From assembly GCA_963815195.1 (NCBI GenBank), contig CAWFGE010000007.1:1-64000 (forward strand): a stretch of DNA of 64,000 nucleotides. The letters are read 5' to 3'. Both the position numbers and the translations under genes were made by a program. This document shows positions 1 through 9,071 of this stretch, one piece after another. The notes under the pieces were generated by a model. It ran no database searches, was not told where the DNA came from, and was given only the letters and a program-made list of their open reading frames with translations. Position 1 is the first letter of the stretch. Each line of letters starts with the position of its first letter. The stretch comes from an uncultured Planctomycetaceae bacterium. Lineage in GTDB: Bacteria; Planctomycetota; Planctomycetia; Planctomycetales; Planctomycetaceae.

Positions 1-2438
1 TGGATTTCGTCCATCTGCTCGAATCGGCATCGCATGAGCCAGAAGTCGTAACGCAGGAACTTCCGACCTCCATCGACGTATTTCACATAGGGATCGTTTG
101 GACCGAATTTGGCCCGCTTGTTTTCGAGGTCGTTCAGCCGGATTCGACCGCCGGTCGCCCCGTCAATGGTCCGGTCGCCCAGCGCTTCGTGCAATTTCTC
201 GGCCTTCTTCCAAGTGGCGCCGCGACTCGTTCCAGCGGCCGCTTACGCGAGCGAGTCGGCGTATCTCGCCGGAGTCGCAACCGGCCGCGAGAAGACGAGC
301 AGCGGGGGAATTGTGGAAGAAGCCCCGCCGTTGGTCCGCCGGTCGATGCAATACTCGAACAGTAATTTCGCAACGAGCCAGTTGTCGATGTCCTTATCGG
401 GCGACCGCGCTTTGTCCAGGTCGACATACTTCGCCAGCCTTCGGGTGCAATTCCTTGTCCTTGGAAAACAACTCGCGGAACGCGGCGTGATTGTTGGCCT
501 TGCCAATCTTCGGCCGATGAATCGGGCCGCCATCCAAAGCATATCGATGCTGGCAGGACTTTGCTCGGCGCCGTCCAAGAGCACGTTGATCCCCCGGCGG
601 ACCAAGGCATAGCGGGTCTCGTAACCGTCGAATTGGGGTGGCACGTTATACGAGAGATGCCAAGCCCGCTGGAACCAGGCTCCCGGCTCCTCGGGAACGC
701 GATCGGTCACCCGCCGCAGGACCTCGTCCATCCGATCGAATTGTCTGAGTTCGTACAGATCCATTGCGAGGGCCTCATCCATCTTCGCCCAAGCATACTT
801 CGCCCGCTTTGGGAAATTCGAAAGTATCTGAGGCTGGGGGAGCTGGATTATCAGAACGTCCCCTTTGGACTCCAGACGAATCAGGGCAAAAACTTGATCA
901 ATGATTTTGAGCAACTCCGACGTGCGCTTTTCGTGTTCCACTTGGAACTCTTCCGACGTGAGAGAGTCGCGGGGGAAGCTCATTGGAATGCCGTCCATAC
1001 CCAGAGCCGCCAGATTGGATTTGGCCTCTATGCGGTTGATTCCATCGCGAATCATCTTGCCGACCTGCTCCCGCGATTTCCGTACCTTTTCTTCGCAAAG
1101 TTTTCTTGCTTGGTCGGCACTCGATGCGTCAGTGAATTTCGCCGTGACCTGAGCCATCGTCGACTGAGCCTGGTCTAAGCGCACGGTGCCGGTCAACTCG
1201 GTCAACGCATCGGCCCATTGCCGGGTGATGGGGTCGCCCTCGATGAGGCGAAGAAACTGCTTCAACGCCTTGCGGTCTTCGTCTTGTCGCACGTTCGCAG
1301 CGACCACGATCTCGGCGGGCTGCGAAAGACGATCGGAAAGCGCCGCGGGTTTCGCCGCGTTTTGAAGCATCGCCTTGAGTATCTCGGAAGTTTGGGCGAC
1401 GACAAGTTCCCGATGATTGACGAACACGTACTCAAACGCCCGCGGCCGCACGTTCAAATCATAATCCCCGACGCCGATGTAGATGGCCTCTTCGGTTCCC
1501 TTGAGGACAACTTCCAACCGCCCGCCGGACACAAAATCCTCAAGCAGGTCCGCCTGGCGTTTGCCCTTCGCATCGATCGCGATCAGCCGGCGCGGAAAAT
1601 TCAATCGGCGGTTCACATACGACTTCGCTTCAATTCGCAGCGGTTCGCTGCAGAGGCCCGTGTCGGGGTTGCGTAATTCCACTTGAGCCGTCGTGAACTC
1701 GCGGTCGGGATAATACGTGAAGAACACGTCCAGTCGAAGTTCTAACGGAAGTTGGCCATCAACCAGGTCGGCTTCGTCAATTTCCGCAAGTGTGAAGATA
1801 GCGGATGCCTTCGTCTCGCCCTCCACGTAGCTGCGGTATTCGTAAATGTATCCCGTGTTAACGCCCTTGTCCGCTGGTTTTCCGTCTCGATCGGTAAACC
1901 GCAATTTGCCGTAGCTTCGCGGCGGCGGGAAGAAACTGCCGGCGGGAACTCGGAAGCAGTCGAACCCTTCGAGCCGAATGGGCTCCGGGTTTGGCTCAAC
2001 AGAGCTTTCCTGGGGAACGAGCGACCGGCGCCATTCCTTCATCAGAGCTTTGAGTTCGATGGGTTTCGCCAGCCGAGCCGCCGCCGCCCATTCGAGGCCG
2101 TGTTTCCATTCGGCGTTCGCCTGCTCACCGGCCGCCGGTCCGCAGAAAACCGCCAGTTCCTCGACCTCCAGGGCGTGGAGGCGACCCAAAGAGACCGGCT
2201 CTGGAAAATATCTCTGGATCGGAAGAGAGCCGAAATAAGGATTCGCGAACAAGGGCTGCGGCCGAACCCGGCAACCGGCAACAAAATCGTCGATCACATA
2301 TCGTGCAACCGACTCGGCCGTCTTGCGGTCTGCCTGAGGACTGTGGGAATTCGAATCAATTTGCCCCACACACGGCGCGGTCAAGAGGCCCAGGCCAATG
2401 GCGATCACGAGTGCTGGGACGCGAAAGAAAATTCTCAT
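1..2438 (-). CDS. Large secreted hypothetical protein; C-terminal part resembles a Planctomycete family often labelled 'IRE'-like; frameshifted, runs off the window start
   Basis: Signal peptide MRIFFRVPALVIAIGLGLL. Segment WHLSYNV..FDGYETRYALVRRGINVL. Coding-like sequence continues in other frames toward position 1 (..FLRYDFWLMRCRFEQ). Confidence 0.6.
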
Positions 2439-2503
2439 CTTTCATCCTGCGTTTCTTGGAGTAGGGCAACAAAATGGCGAGTCGGTTCGTGTCATTATCG
2501 GGA

Positions 2504-3121
2504 CTATCGCGTCAGATCATGTAATTCTTGCAGGAGTTTTTCCGCATCCTCATCCGATGGCTCCCAGGGGACGGCAACATAATAATCGTCAGGGATGCCA
2601 AGCAAGGATTTCAAGGGGCGGCTCTGTTCGGGAGAAGCGTCCTGCCGATTCTCGGCTTCGAAGTCGTTGTCCCAAAGGACGTTCCCTTCCAGGCATTGGA
2701 TCACAAAATCCCAGTCGTCCTTGTCCCTGGCATCAGGATTTGGGAGTTCCTCCAAATCCAAATCGAATGCCGCCGCGAGCACCAACTCACGCCAGGTCGG
2801 TACGTTGTCTTGGAAAAACTCATCGTCCGGAGGCAGTTTGATTTCTTGAAACAACATGACGCGAATGTGTTCAAACACGCTGGCCACGGCGCCTTCGAGC
2901 ACCGCCGTGAGTTCGGGGGCCGGCACGTCTTCACGCAACAGGGCGAGCGTGGCTGTGTGCAGGATGGCGATTTTTTGATTTCGCTGGAGATTCTCGAAGG
3001 TTGCGATGTCCGCACCGCAATCGTCGGTTCTCAGAAGATCGACCATCATGCCGACCGACGTTACGAATAGCGTTCTTTCGGCACCGCGAAGGACGCGCAC
3101 GCCACCTGGGGTGTCGTACAT
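2504..3121 (-). CDS. Acidic hypothetical protein
   Basis: 205-aa ORF with protein-like composition, 4 bp downstream of the preceding minus-strand gene. Confidence 0.65.
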   Translation of the reverse strand: MYDTPGGVRVLRGAERTLFVTSVGMMVDLLRTDDCGADIATFENLQRNQKIAILHTATLALLREDVPAPELTAVLEGAVASVFEHIRVMLFQEIKLPPDDEFFQDNVPTWRELVLAAAFDLDLEELPNPDARDKDDWDFVIQCLEGNVLWDNDFEAENRQDASPEQSRPLKSLLGIPDDYYVAVPWEPSDEDAEKLLQELHDLTR

Positions 3122-3125
3122 GGGG

Positions 3126-3326
3126 TCATACCTGCCCTAATTCAATCCGTTGGCGCAAATGCTGTTCGACTTCTTTATCCGTGGCGTTCGGATACTGTCG
3201 GCGAATCCCCGCCCGTGCAACGTCGCAAGCGAACGTGTGCAGGTCGAGCGCGATTTTCAGGCGTTGTTCGCCGGTCATCCTACGGTAGATTTCGATTTGC
3301 TTGGCGAGGGCGTCATCGGGGGTCAT
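3126..3326 (-). CDS. Small helical protein, resembles antitoxin-like partners of nucleotidyltransferases
   Basis: 66 aa: QIEIYRRMTGEQRLKIALDL...RAGIRRQYPNA. GAGG upstream of the ATG. No toxin partner seen. Confidence 0.6.
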   Translation of the reverse strand: MTPDDALAKQIEIYRRMTGEQRLKIALDLHTFACDVARAGIRRQYPNATDKEVEQHLRQRIELGQV

Positions 3327-3538
3327 GGGCTCGCCTCGGAAGAAGCGGGTGTTTGGTGTGGGCTCCGAATCTACGGTAATTCCGGAACCGTCGGCTCGCA
3401 AGACAGAGTGGCCGGAGCGTTTTAGGCAAGGGCACCCCGATATTCCAGACTGGATCGGAGAATGCTGATTTGGTTCCACATCACCAAAAGATACAATGGG
3501 CACAGGTCCTCTGAACTCAAATGGAAAACTGACCAGAT

Positions 3539-6048
3539 ATGACGCACTACGACACCCAAATCAAACAAGCCATTCTGCACCCAGAATCTGCCGTTCGGGA
3601 ATATGCGGTACGGGACTACGCCGCGTCCCATAGTTCGGATGAGGCGATTATTCCGCTGGTGATCCAAGCGGTCGAGACATATGGCCGAGAGACGGCTTTC
3701 GGAATTCTCGGGCGGCGGATGATTTGCCCCTGACGAATGAAGCCATCGATTGGCTGATGGGCGAACTCGAAGACGATCCACCCGCCCCCTCGCTGGAACT
3801 GGAGAACGCACGTTTTGCAACGGCCTTGCTGTTGTGCAATCCCCAATCGGATTTGATTCCTCCCCGCGGCCGGGAAATTCTGGCCCTGCCCGGGTTCCCC
3901 GCCCCCTTGAAGCCGGCCATGCGTGACATCATGCAAATGGCGAATTGGGACTGGCCCACCGCTTGGCAGAACCTCTTGGATTTGGGGAGGAAAGTCCGTC
4001 GGCGGGGGGAACTCACCACAAGTCAGCATCGGCAGTTCCATCGCTACGTGCAATTCATCGCGCGATTTCGCGAGGAAGGGGCAGAGCAAGTGCTCGAAAC
4101 CCTGCCGGCGAATTATTCCGGTCCTCAAAGCGAATTGTTGGATTGGCTGAAGCCTTGGCTCATTTTGTTGGCGGGCCAGATGCGTTTAGAACCGGCGATC
4201 CCGCATTTGATGAAATGGCTGAAATCTTCGTACGAGGCCGCCGCCGATGAGTGTGGGACGGCTTTGGGATGGATCGGAACCGAGGCCGTGGTGGATGCGG
4301 TCTGGAAGGCTTGGCCCCCGCGACGGAACAGGAACGGGTCGGACTCACTTCCGCATTGCGTCCGATTCGTTCCGAGCGCTGCTTTGAGATTTGCCAAAAG
4401 CTATTGCGTCTTGAACGTGCCGAAGATATCGCCGGAATTCTGGGGGATCGGCTTCTCCACCAATTCGATCCTCGTGCGATCGACATCGTCCGCGGTCTGG
4501 TGAAACAGGCGACTCCCGATTCGGCTCCCGAGATTCGCGACCTGAAATATGATCTGGTGATCGTGGCCACCATCATGGGAAACACGTTTCCCGAATACGA
4601 ACGGTGGTTCGCAGATGCGAAACGGGACGCCTTCGGTTGGTTCGGGGCCGAAACGCGGATGCGAATCGCGGATAATTTCCAGACTGATGAATCACGGAAG
4701 ACCGCCTTCGTCAAGCAGATGGCAGCCGACCTGACGGCCCGATTGGCCTCCGACCGCGCCACCCGAGAGCAAATCCTGCAGGCGATTTTGCACCCCAATC
4801 CTCACACCCGCCAGATGGCGGTGGCTTATTATGCGAAGGGATTTCTGCCGGATCCGGACGTCCTGCCCCGGATCATTCAAGCTGTGGAGACGTACGGCCG
4901 CGAGGCGTGTCGTTCCCTCTTTCCCCATGATGGGCTCTTTCACCAGACCGAGCAAACGCTGGATTGGATGATCGAAGAACTTAAGGAGCCTCGAAGCAAC
5001 AACGATGACAGAATCCCCTACCAGGTTGTCCTGTCCCGCGTCCTGGCGCACGCCCCGCCGGAATTACTCCTAACCCGGCAGAGGGATATCGAACAGTTGG
5101 ACGGCGTCGATTCCACATTTCAGGAACGCATCGCGCGGCGGATTGGTTTTTCCAAGTTGGGCCCCGAACATCTGTGGGAGCAGTTGGAAGCACTTTGCGA
5201 AGCCGAGAAAAAGAAACAATACCTGACGGAGGCCGACCTGCCGCTCGGCTATGACCTCGCCGAGGCTCTGGCCCGCTATCCCGACTTCGCAACGCCCAAG
5301 TGCCTCGAGATCCTGGCCCTGAAGATCGACGACTATAAAGACAATCCGCTGGCTTGGATGGAAGGCTTTATGGTCTACTTGGCCGGCTTGCTGAAGCTTT
5401 CCCAGGCGGTTCCCGCTTTGCTTAACTGGCTTCACACAGAAGATGACTGGCTGAATCCCTTGGCAATGGAAGCCCTGACAAAAATCGGAACGGATTCTGT
5501 GGTGGAATTGCTGGTTGAGGAGTATCCCGTGAGCGGTTGGAGTTATCGGTTTTCCACGGCGGACATTCTCGGAAAAATCCATTCAGACCTGGCCCTCATG
5601 GCCTGCCTTAGCGTGCCCGACTTGGAATCCGATCCGACGATTGGGACCCAGTGGGCCAGTTCGGCGTTGGAGCAATTTTCCCCCCCGAGCCATTGATCCC
5701 GCTCGTGAGCTGATTTTGGCCGAGAAGGATGATCCGCAGTTTCTCGATTTGCGGGAGGATGTTCTGGCCATCGCGGAGGGTTTGGGGTTGCGGTTTCCCG
5801 AAGACGAACAATGGAGAGAGGACCTCAAGCACGGTCGAAGCCGATTTCGCTTTGGATGGGATGCCGCTGAACCCGGAATGGAAGACGACGAATGGGGCCG
5901 GGAGGATGCGGAGCTTGGCCCCTCCTCGACAACGATTGTCAACGAACAGCCGAAAGTGGGACGAAACGATCCTTGCCCGTGTGGAAGTGGAAAAAAATAC
6001 AAAAAGTGCTGTTTGAAAAACCAGCCTTCCGATCCCCACTGGAATTAA
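3539..6048 (+). CDS. HEAT-like repeat protein with C-terminal SEC-C motif (about 3 frameshifts)
   Basis: C-terminal [20 protein letters not shown]. Pieces 3539-3733, 3724-4503, 4251-5696 and 5641-6048 join into one helical protein. Confidence 0.75.
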
Positions 6049-6462
6049 ATGACCTGGTTGGTGTGCAAAGTTCGCACCGGGTTGACCACCGGATCCGCAG
6101 GGAGCGGATCGAAAACGAATTCTGTGCCCGAATCAGAAAGCAAGATCGGGGAGTTCTGGCGGTTTGTAGCGCGACTTCGCGAGTGGCGGCACGCTCGAGA
6201 TCATTTTGAACTAAGCGGATCAGTTAGGCAGAGGGTTCGGCCCGGTGCCGAAATTGCGAACCGTCAACCCACTGGTTTACAGGCGTCCTGTTAACCAGTG
6301 GGTGCTGTTTACCGAGAGAGTCCGAGAGTTCGTCCGTGATTTTTCGGGGTCCGGTCGCAACCCTAGGGGTTCGGTTCGGACCCCAAAAATCGTTTGCCTA
6401 ACCGAGAGCGCGGCGTTAGGATGGGACGATCGCCGAAAGTCTTTGTTTCCCGCGGGTTAAGA

Positions 6463-6496
6463 CAAAACGCCCGACGCTCTCGCATCGGGCATTTTG
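6463..6496 (-). terminator. Intrinsic terminator-like hairpin downstream of the tRNA fragment
   Basis: Minus strand reads CAAAAUGCCCGAUGC-GAGA-GCGUCGGGCGUUUUG. The G-U pairs work only on the minus strand; GNRA loop; U run. Confidence 0.6.
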
Positions 6497-6537
6497 AGTA
6501 AACCGGTGGGTACGGGGATTCCGTACAAAGACTTTTA

Positions 6538-6580
6538 GCTCCCAGACAAGGACTCGAACCTTGAACCTAGCGGTTAACAG
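6538..6580 (-). pseudogene. 3' half of tRNA-Asn(GTT); probable att scar of a tRNA-targeting integrative element
   Basis: Minus strand: CTGTTAA-CCGCT-AGGTT-CAAGG-TTCGAGT-CCTTG-TCTGGGA-G (anticodon loop, T arm, acceptor 3' strand). No D arm and no 5' anticodon stem. Confidence 0.85.
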
Positions 6581-6728
6581 GAGCAGATTTCAAGAGCTCA
6601 ACTGGGTGATTCAAAATGTAGTAAAGTGTAGTTAATTGAACGGAAGGTTTCCAGATATGACTGAATTTGACCGGAATTCGGATTAGGATCAAGAATCCAT
6701 GAAAACGCTGGATTAGTAGAGTTTCTGC

Positions 6729-6905
6729 TTACTCGGTGGTGGTGTTCCGATACTTATCGTCCGCAAAGATCAGGATGATGTTCGGCAGATCTTTTTTGTC
6801 GTCCGCGGCGAACCCGGGTTTGGAGCCAAATAATAGAGCGGTTGTGCCGAGCAGCAGGAGCAGTGCGGTCCATGGATTGGGCTGTGAGCGTCGGGCGTGG
6901 AACAT
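6729..6905 (-). pseudogene. Sulfatase N-terminal fragment truncated just after the DD motif
   Basis: Hand translation: MFHARRSQPNPWTALLLLGTTALLFGSKPGFAADDKKDLPNIILIFADD-KYRNTTTE*. Below the ORF-track size cutoff. Confidence 0.8.
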
Positions 6906-7060
6906 GAATGAGGTCTCCGCGGTGGCTGATTCTGAAAAACTCGGATGCTGTTTTCGGATCGGTTTTGGTTTGTGAGCCGCCGGGCGCTTGCCGCCGGTTT
7001 TGACTTTCGCAACATCGCTTCATCGAAACCGGAGGCTAGCGCCGTGCCGCTCACATTTTC

Positions 7061-8320
7061 TCAGCCCGCGAGTTCCAGGCCCGTCATCGTTCCCGTGCTT
7101 GAGGCGAAGCGGTCCACGGGAAGACCGAGGCGGTTGAGCATGCTCACATACAGATTGGCGAGCGGGTAGTTGTGCTCCGCGTCGAACGCCAGATGCTGGC
7201 CGTGCCGGAATCCGCCGCCCGCGAGGAGCATCGGCAGGTTGCGGTTGTCGTGGCCGCCGCTGTGCATGTGCGATCCCATGAGGACCATCGTGCGGTCGAG
7301 CAGCGTGGCGTCGCCTTCCGAGGTGTCTTTGAGCCGGGTGAGAAACTCGCCCAGCGCCTTGATGTGGCCCGCTTCCACGATCCCCAGTTGTTTGAGCTTC
7401 TCGGGATCCTGCCCGTGGTGCGAAAGGTCGTGGTAGTTCATGGAGACGCCGGGCAGAGTCGCCACGGAGTTCGTATCGCCCACGGCATAAGTCATCACGC
7501 GCGTCGAGTCGGTGAGGATCGCCAGATACATCATCTCGTAAAGCTGCCGGGCGCGGTTGATGATGTCGTTCTGATCCTGGATATCTTTGGGCGGCTTGGC
7601 GTCCACGTGAGGCTTGGGTTTGTGCTGCCAGTCTTCGGATTTTTGCAGCTGGCGTTCGGCTTCGCGCACCGAGGTGAAGTATTGGTCGAGCTTCTCCCGA
7701 TCCCGCTGCGTGACGCGGTTCTGCATTCGCCGGGCGCTTTCGAGCACTGTGTCCAGAACGCTTTGCCCTTCCTGCAGGCGTTCGATCTGGGCCTTTTTCT
7801 CATAGGGCCGGCCTTCGAGGAACATGGTTTCGAAAAGCTTGGACGGATAGGCGTTCGCGGGCACGGGGACGCCGTTGGCCGACACGGAAATCCCGCCGCT
7901 TCCCACCGCCAGGTAGGCGAGGCGCGTCTGCAATCCGACGGCTTTGGCCGCGAGTTGATCGACGGAGATGGCGTTGTGGAAATTCGCGGCACCCGGATGC
8001 GGGGCGCCGGTGAGCCAGGACTTGACCGCGGCATGCCCGCCGTCCACTTCCGGATGCGATGCGCCGGAGATGATCGTCAAGTCGTTTCGCAGCGGGCTGA
8101 GTAATTTCAAATAGGGCGTCGGCTCATAATCCCGGCCGGCTTTCTCGGGCATCAGATTCGGCGGGTGGAACGACAGCGGAAAATTCACCGCCACCATCCG
8201 CCGCGGCACGGACGCAGACTTCTCGGCCCCGAACGCCGGGAGCATGCATTCCAAAGCGGGCAGCGCCATGGCCACGCCGGCGCCGCGAAGAAAAGTTCGT
8301 CTCGGGAAAGGCTTCGTCAT
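7061..8320 (-). CDS. DUF1552 family protein
   Basis: Tat-like RRTFLRGAGVAMALPALE; DREKLDQYFTSVREAE; TDSTRV; YHDLSHHG; NLPMLLAGG; PLANLYVSML. Confidence 0.92.
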   Translation of the reverse strand: MTKPFPRRTFLRGAGVAMALPALECMLPAFGAEKSASVPRRMVAVNFPLSFHPPNLMPEKAGRDYEPTPYLKLLSPLRNDLTIISGASHPEVDGGHAAVKSWLTGAPHPGAANFHNAISVDQLAAKAVGLQTRLAYLAVGSGGISVSANGVPVPANAYPSKLFETMFLEGRPYEKKAQIERLQEGQSVLDTVLESARRMQNRVTQRDREKLDQYFTSVREAERQLQKSEDWQHKPKPHVDAKPPKDIQDQNDIINRARQLYEMMYLAILTDSTRVMTYAVGDTNSVATLPGVSMNYHDLSHHGQDPEKLKQLGIVEAGHIKALGEFLTRLKDTSEGDATLLDRTMVLMGSHMHSGGHDNRNLPMLLAGGGFRHGQHLAFDAEHNYPLANLYVSMLNRLGLPVDRFASSTGTMTGLELAG

Positions 8321-8349
8321 TCTCGGGAGGCTCCAGGGTTTTGGGGGAT

Positions 8350-8412
8350 AAAATGCAAAGTGAAAAATGCAAAGTGCAAAGTGCAAAGTGCAAAGTGCAA
8401 AGTGCAAAATGG
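8350..8412. repeat. Tandem heptamer array, 9 units of AAA(G/A)TG(C/A)
   Basis: Read directly; inverted relative to the 8844-9067 array. Confidence 0.95.
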
Positions 8413-8417
8413 ATGAA

Positions 8418-8804
8418 TCAGCGGGACTTGCGTTGTCGTTTCGGGGTTTCGTTTGATTTTGCGGTGACGATTGATTTCCCGATGATGTTGCAGAGTTGGT
8501 TGGATTCGTCCAACACATTCGCCATTTGTGTTTGCGGCAGCAGTTCGGCTTTGATGATCAATCTGATCCAACACCGGGATTCACGCATTTCCTTCAAACA
8601 AATGCTCAATTGGTGAATAAAGTCGTTTCGGCTTTCCGCGGCACATGCTTCTTCATAATTCGGCGCCGGCGATGCTCCGCTTCGAACCAGTTGCCCCGCA
8701 ATATGTCGTCCCAACCGGGTGTCAGGAAGAGCATCCACCACTTTCCCCGCGCGTGCCGCAAAATCCAAAATCCTCTCGGCGAGGTCGTCGTGATTAAATG
8801 GCAT
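8418..8804 (-). CDS. Four helix bundle protein (23S rRNA IVP / TIGR02436-like)
   Basis: DLAERILDFA..RHIAGQLVRSGASPAPNYEEACAAESRNDFIHQLSICLKEMRESRCWIRL. RBS AAGGGGG. Confidence 0.92.
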   Translation of the reverse strand: MPFNHDDLAERILDFAARAGKVVDALPDTRLGRHIAGQLVRSGASPAPNYEEACAAESRNDFIHQLSICLKEMRESRCWIRLIIKAELLPQTQMANVLDESNQLCNIIGKSIVTAKSNETPKRQRKSR

Positions 8805-8843
8805 CAAATTCCCCCTTGTTAATGGAATTCGAACTTGCAATCT

Positions 8844-9067
8844 CCATTTTTCACTTTGCATTTTGCATTTGTCACTTTGCATTTGTCACTTTGCATTTGT
8901 CACTTTGCATTTGTCACTTTGCATTTGTCACTTTGCATTTGTCACTTTGCATTTGTCACTTTGCATTTGTCACTTTGCATTTGTCACTTTGCATTTGTCA
9001 CTTTGCATTTGTCACTTTGCATTTTTCACTTTGCATTTTTCACTTTGCATTTTTCACTTTGCATTTT
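8844..9067. repeat. Tandem array of 32 heptamers, mostly the 14-mer TCACTTTGCATTT(G/T)
   Basis: Read directly; begins 4 bp after the DUF1592 stop codon on the sense strand. Confidence 0.95.
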
Positions 9068-9071
9068 TCAT

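Noticed and set aside
6538..6720. Complete or intron-split tRNA-Asn
   Set aside because: No D arm or complementary 5' half found nearby, and no group I intron core recognised.
8418..8804. Diversity-generating retroelement (Avd-like fold)
   Set aside because: No reverse transcriptase or TR/VR pair seen in the window.
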